Assembly: GCA_003133225.1 (NCBI GenBank)
Contig: PKWL01000023.1
Location: 6,531-70,530, forward strand
DNA: 64,000 nucleotides
Source: Janthinobacterium sp.
GTDB taxonomy: Bacteria; Pseudomonadota; Gammaproteobacteria; Burkholderiales; Burkholderiaceae_D
Reading direction: 5' to 3'
Shown: positions 1-9,485 of the stretch, one piece after another
Layout: each line of letters starts with the position of its first letter
Numbering within the stretch: position 1 is the first letter of the stretch
The notes under the pieces: generated by a model
Database searches by the model: none
What the model was told of the DNA's origin: nothing
What the model saw: the letters and a program-made list of their open reading frames with translations, nothing else
Program-made: the position numbers and the translations under genes

Positions 1-35
1 CCGATGAAAGCGAGTAAAACGGTCCAACGGGTCAT
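1..35 (-). CDS. 5' end of a CDS running off the left edge (MTRWTVLLAFIG...), possible signal peptide
   Basis: Minus strand reads GAGAG-AATACACC-ATG, then a hydrophobic N-terminus; only about 11 codons visible. Confidence 0.4.
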   Translation of the reverse strand, partial: MTRWTVLLAFI

Positions 36-118
36 GGTGTATTCTCTCGTAAAGGTTCTGTAAATCTTTGCAAGCTAGAGCAAAGCGCGCGTCCATGATA
101 ACAAACCGTTGGCCTGAA

Positions 119-637
119 ATGACGACAGCGTCGCAGCAACGCCGTCTTTTTTTTGCGCTCTGGCCCGACGCGGCCACGCGCGCCGCGCTGGCGCAAACGC
201 AGAGCGGCCTCACGGGCGCCGTCATCCGCGCCGAAAAACTGCACCTGACCATGGCCTTCTTGGGCCAGCGGCCTGTTGGCGCGCTGGCCGCCCTGTGCCA
301 GGTCATGGCTGCTCTACCGGCGCAGCCGCTCATGCTGCAACTCGACAGGTACGGCTATTTCGCGAGCCAGCGCATCGCCTGGGCCGGAATGCAATCGGTG
401 CCGCCGGCCCTGCTGGAGCTGCGCTGCGATTTGATGCGCTTGTTAGCTGCCCACCTATTGGTGCCCGCATTCGAGGAAGAGCGCTTCGTGCCCCATGTCA
501 CGCTGGCGCGCAAGGCCGAGCCGGCTGCCGCAACAGGTTTCGCACCGATCTTCTGGCACGCCACGCAGATGGTGCTGGCCGCGCCTTCGATGGCCACGCA
601 CGGATATCAAATCTTTGCCGCGCGCAGTTTGGCCTAG
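119..637 (+). CDS. thpR: RNA 2',3'-cyclic phosphodiesterase (2H phosphoesterase, LigT family)
   Basis: RLFFALWP start and two HxT motifs (HLTMAFLG, HVTLARK). ORF is open from 68; start at ATG 119 is my estimate. Confidence 0.88.
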   Translation: MTTASQQRRLFFALWPDAATRAALAQTQSGLTGAVIRAEKLHLTMAFLGQRPVGALAALCQVMAALPAQPLMLQLDRYGYFASQRIAWAGMQSVPPALLELRCDLMRLLAAHLLVPAFEEERFVPHVTLARKAEPAAATGFAPIFWHATQMVLAAPSMATHGYQIFAARSLA

Positions 638-1464
638 GGCTGCAACGCTGCCTCGGCAGCGAGCGCACGCAGCAAATGCGCGGCCGCCACTAAGCCGAAG
701 CTGGCGGTAACGGCCATACTGGAACCGAAACCGGCACAATTTAAGCCCGTTACGCCGCCGCCAAGGTCGGCGCCGAGGCCGCACGACTCTTGATTTTCGG
801 GAACCTTCAACGGCTCCATGGAAAACACGGCGTCGACGTTAAATTTGTTCTTGATCCCGCGCGGAAAGCCGTAATCGCTGCGCAGGCGTTTGCGCACCTT
901 GGCCAGAAGCGGCTCCTGCTCGGTTTTCGACAGGTCGCGGACCTCGATCCGGGTCGGGTCGGTCTGGCCGCCGGCGCCCCCGATCGTGATCAAGGGAATG
1001 CTGCGGGCGCGGCAAAACGCGATGAGCGCGGTTTTCGCCAAGACACTGTCGATGGCGTCGACCACATAGTCGTAAGCGCGAGCGCCGATCATCTGCTCCA
1101 GATTATCGGGCGTGATAAAGTCTTCAATCTGCGTGACACGGCAATATGGGTTGATTTGCGCGATGCGCTCGGCCAGAGCGCCGATCTTGGCCTGGCCAAT
1201 GGTCTCCGTCATGGCTTGGATCTGGCGGTTGACGTTCGATTCGGCTACGTTGTCAAGGTCGATCAATGTCAGGTGCCCGACGGCGCTGCGGGCCAAAGCT
1301 TCGACCACCCACGAACCGACGCCGCCGACCCCGACCACGCAGACATGGGCCGCGCGAAAGCGGAGCAACGCGCGCTCGCCATACAGGCGGGCGATGCCGC
1401 CAAAGCGACGTTCAAAGTCGATTTCAGGCGCCGGCGCCAGGAAAACCGTGGGGTTTATATTCAT
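634..1464 (-). CDS. tcdA: tRNA threonylcarbamoyladenosine dehydratase (ThiF/E1-like)
   Basis: RRFGGIARLYG, VGVGGVGSW nucleotide-binding motif, DLDNVAESNVNRQ, GGAGGQTDP, C-terminal LNCAGFGS. Confidence 0.93.
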   Translation of the reverse strand: MNINPTVFLAPAPEIDFERRFGGIARLYGERALLRFRAAHVCVVGVGGVGSWVVEALARSAVGHLTLIDLDNVAESNVNRQIQAMTETIGQAKIGALAERIAQINPYCRVTQIEDFITPDNLEQMIGARAYDYVVDAIDSVLAKTALIAFCRARSIPLITIGGAGGQTDPTRIEVRDLSKTEQEPLLAKVRKRLRSDYGFPRGIKNKFNVDAVFSMEPLKVPENQESCGLGADLGGGVTGLNCAGFGSSMAVTASFGLVAAAHLLRALAAEAALQP

Positions 1465-1649
1465 CCGGGTATTTTAACGGACGCGGCACTCAAAAGTTAG
1501 AAATGATGGGAACGGAGAGAAACAAACTGCGCTCCGCCTTTCGTTCTGGCCCGGCCCCGGAACGAACCGGCTGCGCCCGTCACGCCTGCTGCGCGGCGAA
1601 CGCTAGCGCGGCCGGCTCAAAAGTCGTGCGCCACCCGCTGCAGCGGGCG

Positions 1650-2201
1650 TCACGCCAGGCGCTCGCCAAACATCTTCCTAAATTTGGAGAGCTTGGGCGC
1701 GACGACGAATGCGCAATACCCTTGCAGCGGATGCTGGCGGAAATAGTCCTGATGATAATCCTCGGCCTTGTAAAACGGCTGCGCCGGTTCCAGTTGAGTC
1801 ACGATGGGCGCGTCCCATACATTGGCCATCTCGGCGATGACTTGGCGCGCGATCGCTTCCTGTTGCGGCGACTGGTAATAAATCACTGAGCGGTACTGGG
1901 GACCGATGTCGTTGCCCTGGCGGTTGACGGTGGTGGGGTCGTGAATCGTGAAAAACACTTCCAGGATATCGTGGTAAGAGATCACACCGGGATCGAATTC
2001 CAGGCGCACCACTTCGGCGTGACCGGTGCCGCCGGAGCAGACTTGCTCGTAAGTGGGATTCGGCTCCAGGCCCCCCGCATACCCCGATTCCACGTGCGTG
2101 ATGCCGCGCATTTCCAAAAAGACCGCTTCCGTGCACCAGAAACATCCGCCGCCCAGCACGGCCACTTCAGTCTTGTCGTTCGTTGTCATTTTGCACCCCA
2201 T
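1650..2201 (-). CDS. msrA: Peptide methionine sulfoxide reductase A
   Basis: GGGCFWC active site, GYAGG, TGHAEVV, HDPT, AEDYHQDY. Confidence 0.96.
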   Translation of the reverse strand: MGCKMTTNDKTEVAVLGGGCFWCTEAVFLEMRGITHVESGYAGGLEPNPTYEQVCSGGTGHAEVVRLEFDPGVISYHDILEVFFTIHDPTTVNRQGNDIGPQYRSVIYYQSPQQEAIARQVIAEMANVWDAPIVTQLEPAQPFYKAEDYHQDYFRQHPLQGYCAFVVAPKLSKFRKMFGERLA

Positions 2202-2339
2202 GCAAGGAAGACCGTTGATGGGCCCACTCTAACGCAAAGCGGCCACGCATGCACAATCATTCGCCAAAGCCGGCGCGGCGTGCGGCGTTAATGCGACAGG
2301 CATGGGCGATAATGCTATTGCCGCCTAAACTTTGGCATA

Positions 2340-2873
2340 ATGACAGAAATGCCCAGGACAACCATGAACACAAGCTCTCCCCGCATAGCCACAGGCCAAT
2401 TCGATAGCGCTCAATTCCGCCAGGCGCTGTCGCAGTTTGCCACGGGCGTGACGGTGATCACCACCCGCCTGTCCGACGGCAGCTTTCGCGGCCTGACGGC
2501 GAGCTCCTTCAATACGGTTTCGCTGTGCCCGCCGCTGGTGCTCTGGAGCCTGGGCAGCAACGCCAAGAGCCTGCCCATTTTCAGCGGCAATTCCCATTAC
2601 GTGGTCAATGTGTTGGGCGCGCAGCAAGCCCACCTGGCGCATCTGTTTTCGCGCCGCACGCCTGATCCGTTCCAGCAAGTCGAGTATGAATTGTCGCGCA
2701 CGGGCCACCCGATTTTGAAAGGGGTGGCGGCCTGGTTCGAGTGCCACAACCGCAGCCGCTACCCCGAGGGCGATCATGTGATTTTTGTCGGCGAGGTTGA
2801 ACAATGCGCCTCGACGCCGCAGGCGCCGCTCATCTTTCACAACGGGCAATTTGGCTGCCTGCAAACAAGTTGA
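2340..2873 (+). CDS. Flavin reductase family protein
   Basis: FRQALSQFATGVTVIT, LTASSFNTVSL.PPLVLWS, GDHVIFVGEV, PLIFHNG. Confidence 0.92.
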   Translation: MTEMPRTTMNTSSPRIATGQFDSAQFRQALSQFATGVTVITTRLSDGSFRGLTASSFNTVSLCPPLVLWSLGSNAKSLPIFSGNSHYVVNVLGAQQAHLAHLFSRRTPDPFQQVEYELSRTGHPILKGVAAWFECHNRSRYPEGDHVIFVGEVEQCASTPQAPLIFHNGQFGCLQTS

Positions 2874-3047
2874 GATCCGTCTACGGAAAAGTAGATCGAG
2901 CCAAATTCGAAAGTGATGCCCAACGCAAGCGAGAGAGTCGCAAGGCCTGCGGCTGGGGCGGCCGGCAGCGCGGCCTGCGATAATGAAGTCGAGCTTGCCT
3001 GTTCTACCCATGCCGGGCGCCGGACATCACGCTGATGATGACCTCGT

Positions 3048-3083
3048 CCAAGCACCCGCATGCTGTGCCGCGTGGGTGCTTGG
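3048..3083. terminator. Stem-loop between the convergent flavin reductase and OmpW genes
   Basis: CCAAGCACCC (3048-3057) pairs with GGGTGCTTGG (3074-3083). Confidence 0.5.
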
Positions 3084-3117
3084 GGGAGCAGCGGTACCGG
3101 CTGCTCGACCTACGTGA

Positions 3118-3855
3118 TTAGAATCGGTAGCCGATCGACAAGGTCGTTGCCAGGGGGTTGAGCGGTTCCTTGGCCGACTGCCCGGTCGAGAGATGCATCG
3201 TCGTTGTGATGTACGTCTTGCTGACGGAAAGGTCGACAAACCATTTGCTATCGAACGCGTAGGTCAAGCCAATTTGCGGCGTCACGCCCCACGCATTGTC
3301 AACTTTAAATGTAGTTGGCGGACCGCCCGGGTTGGAGATCGCGGTCAGGGTAGCGGTGCCTTTTTCATCGTAGAAGATGGCATAGGTCAGACCCAACCCT
3401 AGGTATGGCCGCCATGCCGAACTCGCCTCTAGAAAGCGATATTGCCCAAATAGCGTCGGCGGCAGCTCCTTTAGCGTGCCAAGTCGGCCCGCACCTTGCA
3501 GCGAACTGGCACCCGACAAGTCGTGCGTGTACGGGCTGCCGAGCCCAAGTCCAAGGGAAACATGATCAGTGACCATGTAGGCAATATTCACAATCGGCTG
3601 CGTATCACTGCTGACCTTGGTTCTACTATCGACGATACTGGGCGCGCTCAACGGGTCGCTCACTCCGGGCACGGAAATATTGTTGGCGCCGACTGCGAGC
3701 GACCAGCTCTGTGCGGTCTGGGCGGAAGCGTTAGCGCCAAGCGCCATGCCCAGAAGCAGAGGCAGAACCCGAGTTCGCATACTGATGTGATTCCTGTCGT
3801 TTCTCATGTATTTTCTCCAATTCCTTTTTTTAAGGAGCGGCCTCATCTTCGGCAA
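3118..3855 (-). CDS. OmpW-family outer membrane beta-barrel protein
   Basis: Signal peptide (LLLGMALGANASA), LGLGSPYTHDL, LKELPPTL..QY.F, PYLGLGLTY, C-terminal IGYRF. True start is probably downstream of 3855. Confidence 0.9.
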   Translation of the reverse strand: MPKMRPLLKKRNWRKYMRNDRNHISMRTRVLPLLLGMALGANASAQTAQSWSLAVGANNISVPGVSDPLSAPSIVDSRTKVSSDTQPIVNIAYMVTDHVSLGLGLGSPYTHDLSGASSLQGAGRLGTLKELPPTLFGQYRFLEASSAWRPYLGLGLTYAIFYDEKGTATLTAISNPGGPPTTFKVDNAWGVTPQIGLTYAFDSKWFVDLSVSKTYITTTMHLSTGQSAKEPLNPLATTLSIGYRF

Positions 3856-3886
3856 AGGTGGGATGGGCCGCCAGTCTACTCATTGA

Positions 3887-5218
3887 TTACAGCCAGCCTC
3901 GTATTGCCATCTGGGTAGCAACATATTTGGCCAGCAAGGAATAGCCATAGGGCGTTGGATGAACCGTATCGGCGAACAAATAATGGGAAACGTCACCAGC
4001 AACTACACTGGAAGTGGTACAGACCAAAGATGAAGCTAGGGGATTGACGGCCGCGCTCAAATCGCAGGCGGGCGTTGTCACATTCGTCAACCCGTATTGC
4101 GCCGGGTTCTGGGTATTCAGATGGCTTTGCGTATTCACATCGACCAACACCACATTGGCATTTCCCGCCAGCCCGCTTTGCAATTGCGCGTTGAACGTCG
4201 ACACCATGGTATTAACCAAACTTAAGGTAGACGCATTTAGCGAATCGCCAAAAGGCGTCGTGCCGATATCGGGCACGTTGACGACCGTCACAAACTTCGC
4301 GCCGTTGCCCAGGATCAGGGTATTCACATAACCGACCAGTTCGGCGCCGGCTTGGCCCATGGCCTGCACGGCGGCCGGACCGCCGATGTTGGTGACATAA
4401 GCTGCTCCTGCTGCCGCGCCCGCTGACGCGCCCACCGTCGGCGTCAGTTCAGCAATTGCCTGGGCGACGCAATTGCTAGCTTGGAGATCGGTCGGTATGC
4501 AAAGGCCAGAGCCGACATCTGAGGCCACCCGCGCCGGCACGGCAGCCGTAACGGCAGCCGTCGCCGCTGCCGTGCCGGCCGCAGTAGCGTTGACGTTCAA
4601 GGTGGCCAATTGAACAAATACATCGTTGGCGCCAGCCAGCATGAAAACGACTTCCGTGCCGCTGAACTTGCCTCCGACCGCCAACAAATGATTCTGGATC
4701 TGAGTGACAACGGGAACGGTCAATTGACCGAGAACCGCAGAGCCTCCCAATGCCGGGTCAAGCGCCGCACTGCCAGGGCCCAAGGGCAGCGTCACGCGCG
4801 CCCCGCCCTGGGCATACGAAGTGCAACCGGAGTGGAGAGCGGGCGTCACCGCAAACCCTTGCGCCGATAACGCAGCCAAGGGCGCCAGCTGAGGCTGGGA
4901 GGCCAGCTGCACATCCGAAAATCCGCCCAAACCCGTTTGCGCTGCACAGGGTGCCGGCAAACCAAGGGAGACAGCAAGCAGTTCGGTCCAGTTCTGCGCC
5001 GATGGCGTCAAGGAATTCACTGTATATTTTCCGCCATGCAAAGCCGCGACTGCGCCAACCGCATAGGTTCCAACATCGCTCAAACTATCGCCAAACGACA
5101 CTTGAGAGGTGAATTTTAATTTTGGGCTTTGGTCGCCGGCGCTGCTGCCGGTGCCACCGCCGCAGCCAGTTAAGGCTGCGGCTGCTATCAAGGCAAGCGC
5201 TAATGGGTATTGACGCAT
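3887..5218 (-). CDS. SGNH/GDSL-family esterase/lipase, predicted lipoprotein
   Basis: Lipobox LTGC; GDSL blocks FGDSLSDVG, YAQGGA, AGAND, DTVHP. Confidence 0.92.
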   Translation of the reverse strand: MRQYPLALALIAAAALTGCGGGTGSSAGDQSPKLKFTSQVSFGDSLSDVGTYAVGAVAALHGGKYTVNSLTPSAQNWTELLAVSLGLPAPCAAQTGLGGFSDVQLASQPQLAPLAALSAQGFAVTPALHSGCTSYAQGGARVTLPLGPGSAALDPALGGSAVLGQLTVPVVTQIQNHLLAVGGKFSGTEVVFMLAGANDVFVQLATLNVNATAAGTAAATAAVTAAVPARVASDVGSGLCIPTDLQASNCVAQAIAELTPTVGASAGAAAGAAYVTNIGGPAAVQAMGQAGAELVGYVNTLILGNGAKFVTVVNVPDIGTTPFGDSLNASTLSLVNTMVSTFNAQLQSGLAGNANVVLVDVNTQSHLNTQNPAQYGLTNVTTPACDLSAAVNPLASSLVCTTSSVVAGDVSHYLFADTVHPTPYGYSLLAKYVATQMAIRGWL

Positions 5219-5838
5219 TTTTGTCTCCTAAAATTCATTATCCGAGCGTACGGCCGCACCCTTTACTACTGGGCCCGTTTGCGACGTTTGACGATCACGC
5301 GCGGGCCCCTTTTTTCTTCGTCATATCAGTTTTGATCTTTAACGAGCGAATCGTTGTCTGGCCAATATGCCATCCTACTCGCAACTTGTATAGCGGAAAT
5401 TTTGCGCACTTATCGGATCGATACAGCAAGCGATAGTTTGACTATAAGAAAGGCTTTTTCGTTGAAAAGTTTGTTCTTTTCGAGGGCGCAACGTGCTCAT
5501 ACAAGGTAACCTGAGGTGCCAACTCAACCATCCGTTGCGCCGTACAGGGAAAAATAGGGTGCTGTCACGTGCCGGCGATATTAGTAACGCTTTTTGTTTT
5601 CGCGGGCTGGGCGCAGCCATCGGCGCAGCAGCGCGCCGCTTTGGCGCGAAAATTCGTTAATGGCCGAGCGCAGATTTTGGGCGGGTGTACGCGCTGGTGC
5701 AGTTGCCTGGTCCAAGGTGACCGAGCTGGGCGACCCTCTGGCAGCGCCAGCGCAAGGTGACATGCAAGATGCGCGAGTGCTGGCGCGAGGCGCATGCCTG
5801 CCGGCTTGGCGCCCAGAGCGGCAGCGCTCCCCGCCACT

Positions 5839-6885
5839 TTAGGCTTGCAAAAGTTGTTCGATGATTCCAGCCGAACCGTATACGGCCCGGCGCAAGCGGT
5901 CGTTCGCGCCCGCCCATGGCGCGCTTCGGGGCGGCGCCTCCAGCAAAATCAGGTCGGCCCCCGTGTCGTCCATCGCCCGCAGCGCCCCGTACAGGGCATG
6001 CGCATAGGCATCCGCCTTTGGCGGCAGGCGCAGCGACGAGACAGCGGCGGCGCCCGCCACATCGGAATAGTGGATCAGCGCCACGATGCGGCCGGCCGCA
6101 GCCAGGCCAGCTAGCGTGGCGGCGATCATGCTACCGTCTTGCATCGCTAACGGCGTGTGCGGCGCATAATGCGAGGCCAGCGTACCAGGCGCGCGCGGCG
6201 CGCCAGCGTCGGGGCTTTGTGGCAGCTGGCCGATGACAGCGGCGATGCTGTCAGCACTGATATGGCCGGGGCGCAGCAGCAAGGGACCGTGCGTGTTCAA
6301 GCGCGACAAGTCAAGGATGGTCGACTCGATCCCCACTTCGCTTTGGCCGCCGTCGAGGATCGCGCCGAGCAAAACATCGTGACCGAATTCATCGCGCACA
6401 TGTTGTGCGGTGGTCGGGCTGACATGTCCGAATTTGTTAGCGGAAGGGGCGGCCAGCCCCCCGGCGCCGCCCTTGAAGGCGCGCAACAAGGCGATCGCGA
6501 CCGGGTGCGACGGGCAGCGTAGGCCCACCGAGTCCTGGCCGCCCGAGACGCTGGCGGGAATGCGGGGCGCGCGTTTCAAAATTAAAGTGAGCGGGCCGGG
6601 CCAGAAGACGTCGACTAGTTGCCGCGCCGGCTCGGGAATGTCACTCGACCAGTAGGCCAGATCGGCGCCGGGAGCGAGGTGGACGATCACCGGATGGTCC
6701 GACGGGCGCCCCTTGGCTGCGTAAATTTTAGCCACGGCGGCCGGATTTTCAGCGTCCGCACCCAGGCCATACACGGTTTCTGTGGGGAAAGCGACCAGGC
6801 CGCCGGATGCAAGAATTGCGGTAGCTTGCGCAATGTCCACAGTCAAAGTGCCCCGCCCTGGTGCTCGATCTTTGATCATTAGCAT
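5839..6885 (-). CDS. sua5: L-threonylcarbamoyladenylate synthase (Sua5/TsaC)
   Basis: VAFPTETVYGLGADA, KGRPSDHP, FWPGPLTLIL, APSANKFG, ESTI, C-terminal SUA5 domain (PGTLASHYAP). Confidence 0.95.
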   Translation of the reverse strand: MLMIKDRAPGRGTLTVDIAQATAILASGGLVAFPTETVYGLGADAENPAAVAKIYAAKGRPSDHPVIVHLAPGADLAYWSSDIPEPARQLVDVFWPGPLTLILKRAPRIPASVSGGQDSVGLRCPSHPVAIALLRAFKGGAGGLAAPSANKFGHVSPTTAQHVRDEFGHDVLLGAILDGGQSEVGIESTILDLSRLNTHGPLLLRPGHISADSIAAVIGQLPQSPDAGAPRAPGTLASHYAPHTPLAMQDGSMIAATLAGLAAAGRIVALIHYSDVAGAAAVSSLRLPPKADAYAHALYGALRAMDDTGADLILLEAPPRSAPWAGANDRLRRAVYGSAGIIEQLLQA

Positions 6886-6895
6886 TGGCCCGGCT

Positions 6896-7774
6896 CTACT
6901 GCGTGAGCAGGCGCAAGGCTTCTGCGTACTTGGCCGAAGTCTGCTCGAGCACGTCTTGTGGCACGCGCGGCGCTGGCGCTTTTTTGTCCCAAGGCTGGGT
7001 TTCCAGCCAGTCGCGCACGAACTGCTTGTCGAACGAGGGCGGCGACATGCCGACCTGATAGCTCGACATCGGCCAAAAGCGCGAGGAGTCCGGCGTCAAG
7101 ATTTCATCAATCAAATAGAGCGTGCCGCCCGCATCGAGACCGAACTCGAACTTGGTATCGGCGATGATGATGCCGCGCCCGGCCGCATATTCGGCCGCCT
7201 GGGTGTACAGGTCGATGGCGGCGGCGCGCACCTGGCGCGCAATGTCGGCACCAACGATTTTCTCGGCTTCCTCAAATGAAATGTTCGCGTCGTGCTGGCC
7301 GGCAGGAGCCTTGGTCGACGGCGTGAACATAGTATGCGGCAGTTTTTGCGCTTCCTGCAGGCCAGCTGGCAGGGCAATGCCGCAAATGGCGCCCGTCTGC
7401 TGGTAATCTTTCCATCCGGAACCGATGATGTAACCGCGCACGATCGCCTCGATACCCAGCGGGGTGAATTTTTTCACGACCATGGCGCGCCCGGCGACTT
7501 GAGCGCGCTCGTCTTTTGCCACCACCGATTGGGGGTCAATGCCGGTTTCGTGATTGGGCATCAGGTCGCCAAATTTCTTGAACCAGAAATTCGACATTTC
7601 AGTCAACATCTTGCCCTTGTTGGGGATCGGATCGTCGAGGATCACGTCAAAGGCGGACAAGCGGTCCGTTTGCACCACCAGCAGCTTGTCGGCGCCGACC
7701 GCGTAAATGTCGCGCACTTTACCTCGATGCAATAACGGCAGCGATTTCAAGTTTGTTTCCAATATTCCAGACAT
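6896..7774 (-). CDS. purC: SAICAR synthase
   Basis: [55 protein letters not shown]. Confidence 0.96.
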   Translation of the reverse strand: MSGILETNLKSLPLLHRGKVRDIYAVGADKLLVVQTDRLSAFDVILDDPIPNKGKMLTEMSNFWFKKFGDLMPNHETGIDPQSVVAKDERAQVAGRAMVVKKFTPLGIEAIVRGYIIGSGWKDYQQTGAICGIALPAGLQEAQKLPHTMFTPSTKAPAGQHDANISFEEAEKIVGADIARQVRAAAIDLYTQAAEYAAGRGIIIADTKFEFGLDAGGTLYLIDEILTPDSSRFWPMSSYQVGMSPPSFDKQFVRDWLETQPWDKKAPAPRVPQDVLEQTSAKYAEALRLLTQ

Positions 7775-7786
7775 TGTGTTTCCTTT

Positions 7787-7808
7787 AGTTCAGTTCAGTT
7801 CAGTTCAG
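7787..7808. repeat. (AGTTC)4.4 pentanucleotide microsatellite spanning the purE stop codon
   Basis: AGTTC AGTTC AGTTC AGTTC AG read directly. Confidence 0.85.
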
Positions 7809-8292
7809 GCAGTTTTGAATTGCACACTTTGGCGGCCTGGGCGGCCCGAAAGGCGATCAGCTTGGCCTTCAGGCCTGGATCGTTCAAGGCCAGCACGGAT
7901 ACGACCGCTAGGGCCGCGTTGGCCGCCCCGGCGGCGCCGATCGCCAGCGTGGCGACAGGAATTCCCATGGGCATTTGCACGGTCGACAACAGCGAATCCA
8001 TGCCTTTTAGGTATTGCGACGGAATCGGCACGCCATACACGGGCAGAATCGTCGCCGCAGCGACCACGCCGGCCAAGTGAGCGGCGCCGCCGGCGCCGGC
8101 GATGAAGGCTTGCGCGCCACGCGTTTGCATGTCGGCGAGCCAGGCTTCCAGTTCTTTCGGGGTGCGGTGCGCCGACAGGGCACGCGCTTCATAGGTGACG
8201 CCAAAATCATGGCATATTTGCGCCGCTTCTTTCATGATGGCCCAATCCGACGTGGACCCCATCACGATACCAACCAAGGTTTTTTCAGGCAT
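7795..8292 (-). CDS. purE: N5-CAIR mutase (class I PurE)
   Basis: MGSTSD, SAHRTP, IAGAGGAAHLAG, DSLLSTVQMP.GIPVAT, AANAAL. Confidence 0.96.
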   Translation of the reverse strand: MPEKTLVGIVMGSTSDWAIMKEAAQICHDFGVTYEARALSAHRTPKELEAWLADMQTRGAQAFIAGAGGAAHLAGVVAAATILPVYGVPIPSQYLKGMDSLLSTVQMPMGIPVATLAIGAAGAANAALAVVSVLALNDPGLKAKLIAFRAAQAAKVCNSKLPELN

Positions 8293-8352
8293 AGCTCACT
8301 TAAAAAAATTAAAACATGCCGGAGCGCAGCCCCGGCCCGTTGAACCTAGCAT

Positions 8353-9417
8353 TTATTTCACGACTTGGGCCAACTCGCCCTTCTGGTAACGCGCGGCCAT
8401 CTTGTCCATCGGAATCACTTTGATCTTGGCTGCCTGGCCTTCGCAACCGAAGGCGAGAAAACGCGCCTTGCAGATCAGCGTGGCCGCTTCGCGCGCCGGT
8501 TTGAGCCAGTCGCGCGGATCAAATTTCGATGGATTCTCAACCAAGTAACGGCGCACCGCGGCCGTCATCGCTAAGCGGATGTCGGTGTCGATGTTAATCT
8601 TGCGCACGCCGTAACGGATGCCTTCCAAGATTTCCGCGACCGGCACGCCGTACGTTTCCTTCATGTCGCCGCCGAACTGGCGGATTTCAGCTAACAACTC
8701 TTGCGGCACCGACGAGGAGCCGTGCATGACCAAGTGGGTGTTGGGCAAACGCGCGTGGATTTCCTTAATGCGATCGATGGCCAAGATGTCGCCGGTCGGC
8801 TGGCGCGAAAACTTATAGGCCCCGTGCGAAGTGCCGATCGCGATCGCCAGTGCGTCGCACTGGGTGCGGGCGACGAAATCGGCCGCTTGCGCGACGTCAG
8901 TTAGCAGCATCTCGCGGGTCAATTTGCCATCCGCGCCGTGGCCGTCTTCCTTGTCGCCGGTCATGGTTTCGAGCGAACCGAGCACGCCCAGTTCGGCTTC
9001 TACGGTAACGCCGATGGCGTGGGAAAACTTGACGACTTCGCGCGACACTTCCACATTGTAGTCATACGAAGCGACGCTCTTGCCGTCTTCCTTGAGCGAG
9101 CCGTCCATCATGACCGAGGTAAAGCCGGAGCGGATCGCCGTCATGCATACGGCCGGCGATTGGCCATGGTCCTGGTGCATGACGACCGGGATGTGCGGGT
9201 AGGCTTCGACTGCAGCGTCGATCAGGTGGCGCAGAAAGGCTTCACCCGCGTATTTGCGGGCGCCGGCCGAAGCTTGCATGATGACGGGGCTGCCGACGGC
9301 GTCGGCGGCGGCCATGATCGCTTGCACTTGTTCAAGATTGTTGACATTAAATGCCGGCAGACCATAGCCGTTTTCGGCTGCGTGATCAAGCAGCTGGCGC
9401 ATGGATACGAGTGACAT
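8353..9417 (-). CDS. fba: Class II fructose-bisphosphate aldolase
   Basis: [51 protein letters not shown]. Confidence 0.97.
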   Translation of the reverse strand: MSLVSMRQLLDHAAENGYGLPAFNVNNLEQVQAIMAAADAVGSPVIMQASAGARKYAGEAFLRHLIDAAVEAYPHIPVVMHQDHGQSPAVCMTAIRSGFTSVMMDGSLKEDGKSVASYDYNVEVSREVVKFSHAIGVTVEAELGVLGSLETMTGDKEDGHGADGKLTREMLLTDVAQAADFVARTQCDALAIAIGTSHGAYKFSRQPTGDILAIDRIKEIHARLPNTHLVMHGSSSVPQELLAEIRQFGGDMKETYGVPVAEILEGIRYGVRKINIDTDIRLAMTAAVRRYLVENPSKFDPRDWLKPAREAATLICKARFLAFGCEGQAAKIKVIPMDKMAARYQKGELAQVVK

Positions 9418-9485
9418 GGTTAACCTCCATCATAATAAAAAACGTGGTTGGCGGTCGGATGGCGGTACGCGCTCCGGACCGGCTA

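Noticed and set aside
5219-5838. Possible dacB relic (..FAGWAQPSAQQRAALARK..) between sua5 and the GDSL gene
   Set aside because: Similarity is limited to a generic signal-peptide-like stretch with no catalytic SxxK motif. Too weak to call.
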